DNA of 64,000 nucleotides from Octopus sinensis. Lineage: Eukaryota. The notes under the pieces were generated by a model, which made no database searches, had not been told where the DNA came from, and saw only the letters and a list, made by a program, of their open reading frames with translations. Positions 38,391 through 52,202 of this stretch are shown here, one piece after another. The position numbers and the translations under genes were made by a program. Positions within the stretch are counted from its first letter, which is position 1. Every line of letters starts with the position of its first letter. The stretch spans positions 6,510,001-6,574,000 of the forward strand of contig NC_043007.1 in assembly GCF_006345805.1 (NCBI RefSeq). Direction: 5' to 3'.

Positions 38391-41065
38391 GTTAACATAT
38401 TGTGCATCAGCAAGTATCACGAAAACAAAACTCTACAGCGGTTGTCTTAATATAACATTTTTTTGTGTCATTAATGATTGGATAGAAAATTGGCAGTAAA
38501 TATCTTTCGACATGGATTCATTAATTAAACTATTAAATTAACTTAGACATAGACAAAAACGCATTGTCTGCTGTAACATATGAAATATTACAGTTTCACT
38601 AATACATAACATTAATCATTACTAATTCGATTATTAGACATGAGAACACTAATTATGCAGTGTTTAAACAGGAAATTATGGCAATTTTAATGAAGATTCA
38701 TTAATAATTTCAATTGAATGGTATACCCTAATAGTTAACGCCCCCTATTAATTATGTGTAATTCTTTACGATGTGCGTAACGAAAACTTATAACTTATCT
38801 TAATTTGAATATAATTGTATTTGTTCTATCGATATGCATACATACATATGTGTGTGTGTGTGTGTGTGTGTGTGTACTCACATATTGGTTTAAGCAAATG
38901 CATAATACTCGTATTATCTAATTAAATGTACACGAATATATATGCGTATTTTAACCTCTCTGTCTTACGCTCTGTATATAGACATATACATGAGTTGTGT
39001 GCGAGCATTTTACTTGGTTTCGTCTTTGCATCAGTCTGCATATGAGGAGATCATCTTTTAAGCTTTTAGTTATCGATTGAGATGCATGGAAAAGTACGGA
39101 AATAGATACTCGATTAAATATACAATTATCTGAGATTAGTGGTAGTTAATAACATGCTTACTTGTTAGTGGCCCCCACCTTTTTGAGAGGAAAATATCTA
39201 AACATAATGTACACTTTGATAAGACAGGTCTAATTCCCATACAACATTAGCTGTCTTATTCTTAGAAATGTACAATATATAACTGGATTCAAACAATAAT
39301 GATTTATTTATAAGGAGATAAATATTTCTAGGAAATGAAATATTTCTATTTCTATGCCAGATTGAAGCAATACACACATTCTGGAACGGTGAAGCTTATC
39401 GAAACCTTGTCTAGATATAAATAAGAAAATGTGACATCTGTAAAGATAATAGTTATTGTTCAGAAAACAATTATTGTTATAAGAGGTATGATGTTAAATT
39501 TTTAATAAGGTGTCGATGAATCATTTGATTTTTAATGGGGCTGTAATATTATAAATATATATATTCTATATGTGGGTATATGTCTTTCTACGACTCAGTG
39601 TAGCATGGAAATATATGAGCTATGTTCTGTGTTGTTTGCTGAGAAATTCGATATGATAAATGTCATCATGTTCACATTAACGTAAGACAGTATATTTAAT
39701 CCTGTCTCCCATGGGATTTCCGAATTGATTATGAGAAATGAAATCAATTTATTAATATATCGTGATATACAACAGTAGATAATTACAATATTAACATTTT
39801 TTTTTGTACGAGTAGTTTTTCTGGTTAATATCATATAAATATAAGGCGAATTTAATATTCGTACAATATTGGGATTATGAACATTCACCGATATCAATAT
39901 TACTTAAATTCTTGTAACCAGTGCTTCATTTGGATATTTCATTTACTTTTCATCAATTTTGATTTTATTATTAAATTATTTTCGAAATGGAAGAAAATAG
40001 AAATATGAAATCATTATATTTTGCAGATATATTATATAGAAAGTACACCTATAATCGGTAATTTTCTGAAATGGTAGCTAAGCAATTGTTGTACAGAATT
40101 GAAGCAATTTTCCATTTTATGATTTTTTAAGTGAAACTTTGAGAAAAACTTGAGATTAAATGAGAAGCAATATATTCGACTATGATTACCTAACATTGAA
40201 AAATCAATACCGAAACCTACATTATAAGTGTTTATGATGCATTCGAATCCTTAAACCGCACGAAGAGTATTTTATGGGTAGAATAACCAGTGAAATAAAT
40301 CTACATTCAGGATAGATATGATATAATAGCAAGAATTTCTTTTGATATATTTACATAAAATCTATTTAAAAAAGAAATCGGATTTGAAGAATAAAGAAGT
40401 GTTAAGGCAAAGAACATATTCTCAGAAGCTGAAATAATTTGTTTTTACGATACCTATAAAATCTTTTGTCATGCAAAAACATTTTATCATAGTGAACTCT
40501 GTAGTGTATAGTATATAAAAAAATTGCATAGCAAGTATCTTTCCCTTAGGAATAATACATAACTTTCTTTATTTTGTTATACAAAAGAAACCTAAATTAA
40601 ATAAAAGCCTGCATTATTCTGATAAAGTTTACATATTGAAAACTTTATGATTCTCCTTAGCGTAACATGGAGAAAAAAACACATTTAAATCTTAGTTTTG
40701 TTATCTTGACATAAAAGATACCTCATTAGATTAACTGTTCACATATCAAGTAATGAAATTTGGAAATGATGCGGGAGTGTATTTACTCATAGAGGAGAAA
40801 AATTAAAAGAAAATACATACGAATGATTTTACTTCAAAATATAATTTAACGGACCATTGAAGATGGAGGTAAAACCTTGGGATCGATTTCAATGATTACA
40901 CGGCAATGTTTTGTTTGACTTCATGGAAAGTAAAATCGTGTAGAGTTGGAGTTTCTGTCAATATAGTCGATAGAATAAATAAATCTTTTCAACACATACG
41001 CAGTCTCTTGTCTTTATGATAAATAACGTATTTTGAGTTGAGTGTCACTGAATATGTATATATAT

Positions 41066-41107
<42 letters not shown>

Positions 41108-41109
<2 letters not shown>

Positions 41110-41340
41110 TTTGATACTTGATACTTTGATAGGTTTCGGCCATTATTGGCCCAGGCCAGGTCTAACTTAATAGCACCACCTGGTGAAGTCTTTCAAGTCA
41201 GAATTTGGGCACTATGGCCCGCTCAAGTAGAGAGTTATTGTTTACAGAGACATATCCTGGTGTAGGGGGTTTATCTGGGATTTCTTGAAGGAATCTGTCC
41301 AAAGACTTCTTGAACCCTATAGGGTCAGTTTCTGTTTTAA
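41108..41340 (-). mobile_element. 3' end of an L2/CR1-group LINE with (ATCAAAGT)-like tail
   Basis: [33 protein letters not shown]-terminal motif, then a short hairpin UTR and tandem tail. Confidence 0.75.
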
Positions 41341-41361
41341 TGTGTATATATATATAAGTAC

Positions 41362-41408
<47 letters not shown>

Positions 41409-41477
41409 TATATTACATATAATTTACATATACATATATATATATGTACATATATATATATATATATACATACACAT

Positions 41478-41549
<72 letters not shown>

Positions 41550-41559
41550 TATATATTAT

Positions 41560-41616
41560 AGGTGGTGCTATTAAGTTAGACATGGCCTGGACCAATCATT
41601 GGTCGAAACATATCTA

Positions 41617-41620
<4 letters not shown>
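41560..41620 (+). mobile_element. Isolated 3' UTR of the same LINE family, inverted relative to 41127-41181
   Basis: ggtggtgctattaagttagacatggcctggaccaatcattggtcgaaac. Confidence 0.7.
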
Positions 41621-41673
<53 letters not shown>

Positions 41674-42223
41674 GTATAGTCAACAAATGAGATCGAAAGA
41701 TTCTAGGTATAGAAAACACTCCGATGTCTTTGTTAGGGATCAATTCTGTGGGGAAAAGAACGGCTAGAAGAGGAATCAAGGTGAGCAAATGGTTGAGCCC
41801 CCGCCCCACCATCTTCCTAATCTGAGTCACTTATCTCCTTTCACAGCCTCAACATTCCCCACGCTCCCACCAAGCTTCCTCCAACTGTTGCTCCTCCTCA
41901 ATTCAAACATTTTAACCTTTAAACTTCTCTGCGCCATAATCTGAGATGTAAAATTCTTTCCTATTCTAATGGCGTAGGTTCGATTTAACCAATGATTTTT
42001 TGCATTAATTATAACCTTGATATTCTGGTAAACTACATCTACCGAAATCATCACGGATTTCCGAGCCCTCGGAAACAGCTGTAGGACTTATAACACCTTT
42101 CCTCTTCTCCTTTAATTTTCTCTACCTTTTGTACACTGTGTAAGTTTGATCCATCAATATAAATATCTATATATTTATACTTAAATATTTATTGTCTTTG
42201 CTTTCTTTCTGTTTATATGTATA

Positions 42224-42281
<58 letters not shown>

Positions 42282-42469
42282 CTATATATATATATATATA
42301 TTTGTGTGTGTGTGTGTGTGTGTGTGAGTATGTATGTATGTATATATGTGTATATATATATATGTATATATGTATATATATATATTTGAGTAGTTGAATG
42401 AATTATCTTATTAAGGACAATTCGAATTAACCGATACCTGGGTAGCAAATTCACATTAGAAAAAACACG

Positions 42470-43200
42470 GTTGAAGTTATGTGCCTAGGGCATAGATTAC
42501 GTGCTTTCGTGTGGAAATTTGTATGTTTATTCTAAAAATATAAATATATGAAAGAATGGAGCTGAACGACGAATTAACAAAATTCCTTTATTTTCGACAT
42601 ATGTTTCGAAGGCTGCATATTCCTAATTGCGAAGGAATAAGGAGTACATTATGCCGCTTTCTCATCAGGAAAAGCAAGGAACTTATGTCAACATCAAAAT
42701 GCACAAAAAACTTTTAGATGATTGCTCACACGGAACCCACAGCGGTAATGAGTGTCTCTTTAAAATATTCCTTTATAAGGAGTGACGTCAAAGTGGTTGA
42801 AAGTAGAAGAATCTAGAATGTTCTAAACCCGGCGGATGAGCAGGTATCTCGTAGAGATGGGAACTGACTGGGACACGGGTCGGAGGGTCGTCCAGGACGA
42901 GTAGAGTAAATACCGAAAAATAGTTGATGCAGTGACACACAGGCCACGGCGCATGACTCCATATCTGACCCGACTTTCTATACTTGATTGCTTTTGTTAT
43001 GTTATGAAGAGAGGGTTTTTTAATCGGTTTTATCGATGAGCACTCAGCCGTTCGATCTGCTACTCATTAAACTGCTTACCCGTTACATTATCTTGTTAGC
43101 GGCTTCCTTGACTGTTTGTTGATTCCGGGTGTTAGGAGTAATACACAAGATATACTTCCATAGTGACAATGCATCATATATCGTACATATTCACAATTTT
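42470..43200 (-). mobile_element. Decayed Penelope-like element 3' region or terminal repeat
   Basis: Contains the hammerhead at 42581-42684. Upstream weak GIY-YIG-end-like translation (VLIDKTD*KPSLH). Confidence 0.45.
42581..42684 (-). ncRNA. Type I hammerhead ribozyme
   Basis: Minus strand AAGUUCCUUGCUUUUC-CUGAUGA-GAAAGCGGCAU..AUGCAGCCUUC-GAAA-CAUAUGUC-GAAAAUAAAGGAAUU. Intact core, GUC triplet, stem I 14/16 paired, stem II 9/11 with G-C closing pair, short palindromic stem III. Confidence 0.75.
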
Positions 43201-43727
43201 TTCAGACACCAGAGAACCATGGCACTTATGAAAGGATAGCGATATAATACTGAGAGCGTATGAAACTGATATCAACTAAACGTCAGCAAACAGGTATGGC
43301 CATTTAGGTTAAACTCGTGAATTTGCCTTGGACTGGCATTTGTCCTTAATAGCAGACGTTTGCGGCCGAAATACTGCTGCAAAATGCATAACAAATTTGA
43401 ACACCTGAATTAGCGGTACAATCCATCAGACGGATGGCAACCAGCTGTAGTGGATGATGTTACACTGGGATGCCACGCAAAGGGATTCAAGTGGAAAGTT
43501 ATCACCATCCTGCTTATATTATGTATATTTGGATCCTTATTTAGAAACCATTGTTGCATACCACAGGGAAATCAATCACATCATATCGAAGTCAATATGA
43601 GAAGCATGCTTCTTAAATTGGCATTATTAATTTCAAGTATTCGCCAATTCGAATCCCACTTCACACAAAACCAGTTAATACAACCATTTCCACATACTAT
43701 TTATTGCTTCTCAATCAAATCACACAA

Positions 43728-43811
<84 letters not shown>

Positions 43812-46800
43812 ACACATCCTTGAATAAGATCTCCATACACAATTCACAACTTCAAATTCCTTCGCTCATGCAAAACCGTCATCCAACCTAATTGTTAACA
43901 GAATTTCCGCATTTCCAAATCACGCACTGGTATTTATCAATTCACCACCACCGCCAAATTACATACATCGTTGCCAAACTAACCCCATACACCACATTTA
44001 GAACGAGTTAGATTCAAATCGCTTAGTATTCACATGAATAAAAGACGTGTTGTTAATTATCTCATGTTTGATACGAAGAAAAGACTTAATCTTCAAACTT
44101 TTGTGATATTATATAATGGATTGAAGCTTAATCGTTTCTTGTAATCAATGAACTTGACCCTAAGGTGATTGTTTCAGCTGCGGTAGACCGTTTATATTTT
44201 CTTCTTCAAGTAGATAGACTCCTGTAGTACTTCTCTCCCCTTCTCGCTATCTCTCTTTCTCCCCCTCTCTTTCTCTCCTAATTAAATGCTCACAAATTAC
44301 GCTGAAAGTATTTGGCTTGTCAATTTTCTGCCATCAGAATTATTCAGCAAGAAGTGAACATCAAGTTAGAAATTCAATTCATTAAATGTTATTTACAGAA
44401 ATAGATTTCTGAAGTCTCCAGCTTAGAACACGGATATTTAGAACGATCACTTTAAACAATGCTCTCTCTCCTTCTCTTTCTATCTCTGTCTTTCTCTGTC
44501 TCTCTGCCTCTGCTTCTTCCTGTCTCTCTCTCTCTCTCTCTCTCTTTAAATTATCCCTTTCGGCATTATAACGTTAATGCTTTACAATTATTTTATCAGA
44601 CCAAATTGTGAGCATAATAACAAAATACGATGTGTTTTTGTTTAATTTGACAGCACAGTGTTTAATGGCATGTGCACAAACGTTTTGAAATTGTAGTTCA
44701 TGACATGATAATTAGAAAATCTAAAACATCAAGCGATTGGGGCGTATTCAGTCTCCATTGCATTCTGTTTTTAATTAATTTTACTTCCGGGGTTTTCTCC
44801 CTTGACCTCCTCGATTAGAATTAATCATTATAGTAAAGTTTTTTCTCATCGCTGCGTTTTTTAAATTTTAATTGGCTAAAATAATTTTGCTCGTTCCATT
44901 TCGTGTACCAACACGTGATGTAAAATTAGGTCGGTTAAAATTCGTCTGACCCTTATAATCTATCATATTGCACTACCCATTTCTTGGTAGTATATAAATG
45001 AGTCTACATCATCCAAGCTAACCACAAAAAGCAGAATGGATTATGGTGATAGGTGTGCAAGACTATTTTCTGGTGATCTGATCGTTTCACCTTATAACCA
45101 TGCTTCACAATGTCTGTACTAACACCCAATCGTTCCGATTTTCCTTTCATTCATCCAAGACTTAGGAGCGCATTGTACGCCTACAATTTAGCACAGTTAC
45201 TAGCAGAGAATAGATAGGTAGTGTTGTTTGGCCATATCTGCATTTACATTGAAGTTGAAATCCGATCAATTCAATACAGAACGCAATTAATTCCAACATC
45301 TCCAAGAATCATAGATTATGGAGATCATTCATTTCTGACGAGTGACACTGTATCTATCTTTTGAGAATTACCGTAGAACAGAGACAGCCCTATTTGTAAC
45401 ATCTACATTTATTATATTTAAGCGATCTTTATCAGATGATTTAGGAATATTGTAAATTAACAGGGAAGATGCCACGAGTTTCCTAACAGCTTAGTGTTTA
45501 ATGACCCTTCAAGAGAGTGTTTGGTTGGAAATCACTAAAAGAGGAATAACAATTCTAACAACATACGAAACCCACGTACATCTCTCTATCGCAGGTGACC
45601 GTACACATACATATTTATATACTCAAGGGTACACAGACAACAACAATAAATGAAAATGCCACTTTTTATTGGACATCGAAATAGGATATTATCGTGTGTA
45701 GTTATGGCAAATAAATGCATTCCATAGACAGACAATATTCTCCAAATCCACTACGATTCTGCTTCAGTTACTCTCTCAGAATTATTCGAACGATATGTCT
45801 AGTAAGAGATAAGAGTATACACTTTCAGTAGCATTCAACCAGAATAACATTTCCTGCCGTAGTGCACAGATACCATTACCTTTCAAGTGACACTAATTAC
45901 CAAAAATCAATTCTTATTAATTATTTATCAGTAAAAATAATTAACTAACATCAGTTAATATAAAATAACGGGTCATATTTCCAAACAAGAAATTTAATCA
46001 GTAGCTAGACGTGGTAATAATATTAAATACCATACAAGCTTACAATATCAGTGCTACGGTTTATATAACACGCCATTCAAATATTATCTAAAATTATTGA
46101 CTAAATAGTGAATGTTTGACGTGTTACACTTCTTTATTTTTTGTTGTGTTATGCGTCATTTCTTTACTCCATAGAATTTTAAAATAATAACAAACTCTCA
46201 GTCAATAAACTGAAAAAAAAACATTCTACAAAAATCTTCAAGCAATAGACGAGAAACATTTAACACTCATATTCGCTTCTTGCTTTTTTTTTCTTTCTCT
46301 TTAGTTATATCCGTATTCTTCCTGTTGTTTTGTCTTTCAGTTGTTGACTCCAAAATATTGGATATTTATATTGTTCATTAATTCTGTTTGATTGTGATGT
46401 GGTTGCTGTTGTTGCTGTTGTTGCTAGAGCATCAACCGGCACTTATTCATAATGCTATTTTCAAAGGATGAAAAGGAAATATGTGAATTTCTTAAAAATA
46501 AAGCAGATTCATGCACTTTATAGCTTCGACTTGTTTTATGCACCGCGTGAAAGAATCGGAAACCTTTCATAATAACATTAAACATAATAAGCGTATGCAC
46601 GTAATTTACAGATTATAGTCCTGGCATTATATAATAAGCTATCTAGGAAAAGAAATTTATTGGAATATGAATTTTGTTAATGATATTTATAGAGACTTGT
46701 AGTAACTAAACACTATAGTTTTAGAAAGAATAATACAAATAAAATATATAAATACGTTATACTACGAGAATTCAGCATTGCTGACATACAGGCTTCACTG

Positions 46801-47201
46801 AAATAGAACTTGGTGCTGCGTACTAATCTATGCATGGATGATATCTAACAGAGTGAGCATAACCTCGTGATCAATCTTTCAAGTGAAAGTAGCCATCCGA
46901 CTACTCTGAAGGGTTATTAGACAATACTTAACTGTGTTTTAAATTGCAACTTTGTCACGATGTTATTAATGGCAAACGCATGAATAAATATATTAAATAT
47001 AATTATGCTCTGCAACGGTTCTTGAATTAAGTGTGTGAGAATGCATTCATTTGTGCGAAAACGAATCTAGCTTTGTTATTTTGTATATTTTCGCATTCTT
47101 TCATGATGTAGCACATACTAATAAAATGGCGTCGGTTTCACAAACTCACACACTCGCGCGCGCGTACGGACACACAGTCAGAAACTGTGAGAATAGCTCA
47201 C

Positions 47202-47372
47202 ATGTTTGTATCTGACAACTTTATTCTGCTGAGAAACACAGCTTCGGGAACGGGAAGACATTTCCCAGTCCACTCTACAAGATGCCTTTTGTAGAATGAA
47301 CTGTAGACCTCGTCAGTAACACATCTAGAAGTTTGTAAGATGGCACTTTCATACAGATTAAGATTCGCTTGT
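47202..47372 (-). CDS. Candidate 171-nt phase 2-2 exon (QANLNLYESAILQTSRCVTDEVYSSFYKRHLVEWTGKCLPVPEAVFLSRIKLSDTN)
   Basis: Acceptor ttttgttgtctgctttcgctcttgacag|A and donor AT|gtgagc. Length 3n, only one frame open. Family not recognised. Confidence 0.55.
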
Positions 47373-47523
47373 CTGTCAAGAGCGAAAGCAGACAACAAAA
47401 CTACTGAATGTGTTGTGTAATCTAAATAATGTGTCCTGAAGATTCGTGTGAAAAAGACAACCGAGTTATGCCAACCGACATCATCTCATTCTAAATATGC
47501 ATAGTCAATAGAGATAGACTTAC

Positions 47524-47579
47524 AAGATTAACAAAAACCGCATCAGATTCATTGAGAATGTTTGATATGATGAGGAACG
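47524..47579 (-). CDS. Candidate 56-nt alternative exon
   Basis: ttagttcag|C acceptor and CTT|gtaagt donor, leaving a 151-nt intron to 47372. Contains ATG (47552) in frame with the next exon. Confidence 0.3.
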
Positions 47580-48117
47580 CTGAACTAACTTTATATACGT
47601 ACATGCATGCATATATTCATACATACATGAGACAGACAAACAGACAAGTTAGGACTAAGACACTAAAAGTAGACTGGCTGGGTACCATGACATTGTATTC
47701 ACATGAAGGTAAAACAACCACGAGGTGTTATTTTCTTGGTAGTATAGTGCAGCACCTCTTGCCCTTCGAGTACCGAGCTTTCAAAGCATCACATACTCGC
47801 TATAGGTGTTAAGCATAAACGTCAGCATTCGCAGCACGGCTTTCTGAGCTAAGCTCAAAATAAATCTCTCTCCGCCTCAATATTCCACCAAGCTCATAAC
47901 ATGATTTTCCATACCAATCGCCCTTGTTTAACCCCAGATTCCGAAGCCTAAGCAGAAGGAAGCCATTTCATTTTTCTTATAAGGATTATAAAATGGATTT
48001 TGTTCTGTTTCCTTCGTACATTCTCGCATGGTTCCCGCAACATTCATTGAACATATACTTCACAATGCTTCGCAAAACTAACACATTCTAATCTATTTCC
48101 ATACATTATATTCGTAC

Positions 48118-48350
<233 letters not shown>

Positions 48351-48398
48351 TATATATATTATGTATATATATATATATATACACACATTTACATATTA

Positions 48399-48440
<42 letters not shown>

Positions 48441-49250
48441 CTTTTATATATATATCCAACACAAAACATTACCGAAATAACTCTATTGGAATATAGCTTT
48501 CAATTACATTCGAACTCATTAACTTTATTTCTAATTCGTCCTCAGTTTACTCATCCTTCTCGAATTTTCGAAGTAATATATGTTACCATATTTATAATTT
48601 CAGTCAGGTGAATATCAGAGAGAGAAAAGAAGAAAGAGATTGTAGCATAAAGTACATTAAAAGGTAAAACAGATCAACTGATTAACTTCCTATTACTTGC
48701 AGTTCACTAATAATAGGTTTTCGAAAATAGTTACAGAGATGATATTACTTTTCGGTTTATTGCAGAATATCCGTGAGATTTCGTTACGAATTTCTAAGGT
48801 CACTGGCCATGGCTTTTGAGCCAATTGTACCTTAGAATTATTTTAATCACCCTCAAGCACTGTAAGTTCCAATAAAAGATCTGAAAGAATATTTTCTTCG
48901 TATTCATGCTTTAGAAATTCTGATTTAATATGGAAAATGTTATTATCTCATCATTTAATCCTCTGACATTTTTCAAATGTAAATTTTTGCGCTATAAAAT
49001 GTTATATAGAATTATATATATGACTGCAAGTAGATATAGAAATATTACTTTTGAGATAAATCGGGAAAATGACGCTTATACATACACAGGCATAAGACGA
49101 GACAGCAGGAGAATTTGTTTATAAAAGATATAATTTGAACTTTTTACGCGGGTTTCATCTGCAGGGAATGATTATCAGTCACGTGATGTACATTATATCA
49201 TATACAAAATAAGAAAACAAAACAAACCGAATTGTGGTATAAAGTCTTAC

Positions 49251-49325
49251 CTTGACAGCAGTTTCAAGGTAGCCATAACTAACGTAATAATCCCTTTCAT
49301 AACCAATATACGCATGCGTACCTTC
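49251..49325 (-). CDS. Candidate 75-nt exon (KVRMRILVMKGIITLVMATLKLLS at phase 2; EGTHAYIGYERDYYVSYGYLETAVK at phase 0)
   Basis: aatttgtag|G acceptor and consensus AAG|gtaaga donor; length 3n. Confidence 0.45.
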
Positions 49326-50612
49326 CTACAAATTTCGATAAGGTGCTAGAGTAAGTTTGGTGTCCCTTTTCAAGAATAAGGCGGCTGATGAAGATTCCCT
49401 TACTATGTTTACAAATATAATGATTTAGATATTATGTTTTATATACCGTGATTTCTTTTAGACATGGCGATATTAACCAGTCGTTAGAATTCATTATACT
49501 CATGATTCAGAATAAACGCCAGGTATTTATCCAGTGAAATATTAATTAGCAAATGACGAAAGTACATATGTTAGATTATCATTTCCATTAGCTACTGCTG
49601 TTTCTGCTACAAGACACATGGCATTCAGAGTGCTTCTGCAACATCTTGTATCTTCCAGGGTTCCGTTTAATTGAAGTGTATGTTTATTGCGGCGAGTGTT
49701 TAAATATGTAAATGAACATTTAAAATTTACTGTGGAACATGAACGACAATGTTACGGGTAGCATAACATTTTTAGTGCTTATGTTTTTGTTATCTAAAAC
49801 ACAACATACATTAATGTTGAATCGAGCTTATCCAATGAAACATATATGGGATTAGTAGTAAATTAATACAGGATCAATAATATTCATATAATATTTAATA
49901 GTAAATAACATAACTATTTCACTCAAATGATGTTCCTTGCATATTTATCAAAAATAAGTGAGTGCTAAAATATATTTCAAATCTCTGCATATTTGGTACG
50001 TATTTTTATGCCAAACAATTGATCATGTTGTTTTTATACCGTTGACTTCATTGGATTCACGAATTCCTGCATCTTAATGAAATCTCTAAGTAATTCAGGA
50101 GTTACAATGAAGGAGCATTTTAAAAATGCAAATATGAAAATAGGAAAGATGTATGAAAATCATTTTATTCATTTATTTATTTATCTTTTGCCATGGTATA
50201 AACCTGATAGACAACAATGGTAAGGAAGATAAGTTAGAAATTTGAATAAGTATTGATTATTTTTCACACTAACATAAGGCATCGAGATTAAGAATATCAG
50301 GAAACGCAGGCTGTGCAAAGTATATTCTTTAAATAAGACACTCCCAGCATTTATTATTGCAAAATATTGTATATTTTGCAGTATTAGAAGTAGATTACCA
50401 TACATGCTGCTACTCTCGAACGAACAATACTCGTTTTTTATGACTCTCTAACACTGGTTTCCAATCCGAGGAAAGCATTGTTTCACCTTTTATATAGAAC
50501 CTTATTTTATTGACTATATTCTGTTTTATTTGCTACAAAGCAGTTCGGTTTTCATTTATGTTATAAACATGGTCACCAAGGGTCGGGATTTATCAAGCTT
50601 CTGTAGGTTTAC

Positions 50613-50735
50613 TCTTGAGATATTAATGCCCTGTGTATATAAGGGTCACATTTGGACGCTATTGACAAGAGACAGGCCACGATTTGGGTTGGTACATAAT
50701 TGTCATTGTGGGGATTGCTGTCAGAACGCAAAGAT
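50613..50735 (-). CDS. Candidate 123-nt phase 2-2 exon (SLRSDSNPHNDNYVPTQIVACLLSIASKCDPYIHRALISQ)
   Basis: Strong acceptor ccttttgctttgtcttttcag|A and donor AGA|gtaaac. Only one frame open; it stops immediately past the donor. Confidence 0.45.
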
Positions 50736-50929
50736 CTGAAAAGACAAAGCAAAAGGTCTTGAGAGATCCTATAAGTCCTGTGAATTTAACGATCTAGGTT
50801 TGCACCTCTCCATCGAAACCAAAAGACCAGGACTTAAAGTGAACACTCATATTCAGAAAAAATAACGCGATTTTCTCTCCCAGTTTATAAGAATGAAATA
50901 ATTTTTATCCCGATATTTATGCAGAGGAA

Positions 50930-51410
50930 GGCGGCGAGCTGGCAGAAACGTTAGCACGCCGGCTGAAATGCTTAGCGGTATTTCGTCTGTCTTTATGTAC
51001 TGAGTTCAAATTCCGCCGAGGTCGACTTTGCCTTTCATCCTTCCAGGGTCGTATTCGATGTCTTTGATGTCTGCTTTCGCTCTTGACAGACAAGCGAATT
51101 TTAATCTGTATGCAATTGCCATCTTACAACAATAAATGAAAATAAGTACCAGTTACGCACTGAGGTCGATATAATCGACTTAATCCGTTTGTCTGTCCTT
51201 GTTTGTCCTCTGTGTGTTTAGCCCCTTGTGGGTAGTAAAGAAATAGCTATTTCGTTTGTTTTTACGTTCTGAGTTCAAATTCCGCCTTGATCGACTTTGC
51301 CTTTGATCCTTTCATGGTCAATAAATTAAGTACCAGTTGCGTACTTGGGTTGATCTAGTTGACTGGCCCCTCCCCCAAAATTTCGGGCTTTGTGCTTCGA
51401 GTACAAAAGA
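50930..51410 (+). mobile_element. Family A SINE carrying an 80-bp foreign insertion, followed by a second older body
   Basis: Head at 50930, insertion at 51052-51131 between GGGTCG and ATAAAT, second body from 51247 with the alternative tail. Confidence 0.9.
51068..51129 (+). repeat. Inverted copy of 47333-47394 (59/62 identical)
   Basis: tgtctgctttcgctcttgacagacaagcgaattttaatctgtatgcaattgccatcttacaa versus the reverse complement of 47333-47394. Confidence 0.95.
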
Positions 51411-51580
51411 AAAGAATATTTATATAGATATTTACTTAGAAGGATAAGCAATGCGGGTTTCGTGTTAGGAGGATAAATAAGGCGTATTACAGATGGCAGA
51501 GCGAGAGAAAGAGCAACACTGAAATGGAAACCTTGGCGTCAATAGTCGCGTTTGAGTGGACACGGCCGCTGAAGACTCAC

Positions 51581-51616
51581 AAGCTTCTAGATGTTGCTGT
51601 AATACCCGGATAAAAT
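51581..51616 (-). CDS. Candidate 36-nt exon (FYPGITATSRS at phase 2)
   Basis: ttattctgtagtttatttag|A acceptor and CTT|gtgagt donor. Short, so chance is hard to exclude. Confidence 0.25.
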
Positions 51617-51806
51617 CTAAATAAACTACAGAATAAGGATATGTCGGATGTCGACTGCGTACGGACTACTATAGCAAATTCAAATAGACATCTGATCCGA
51701 CATTACTATATTTCTGCCAATCTACCGTTCTGTGGAAATTAAACAGTACGAGGCATTTTATCTGTGCCACTTTGACACCCCACCACCACCACCACATATA
51801 TATGTA

Positions 51807-51887
<81 letters not shown>

Positions 51888-52121
51888 TAATAAATAAATA
51901 AAACATATGCATATATACATACATATATGTACGTACCTACCTCTACATGTATATATACATGCATATATGGGTACAGGGCACCAAAAAAACGTCGAATACA
52001 ATGAGAAACGGAAATATAAAGACAAAACCAAGGAAATGGACATTTCTTTTAAACAACGAAAAAATAGAGTAAAGGATATACAAAACAAGGAAAATTCCCC
52101 TTCTTCAGTCGCTTTATATAC

Positions 52122-52202
<81 letters not shown>

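Noticed and set aside
47202-47372. PDGF/VEGF-like reading of KCLPVPEAVFL
   Set aside because: No downstream exon encoding PxC...RC..GCC was found on the minus strand.
49251-49325. IRE1/RNase L kinase-like reading (EGTHAYIG...TAVKR)
   Set aside because: That frame is not phase-compatible with the 123-nt exon, and no HRD/DFG-type motifs follow.
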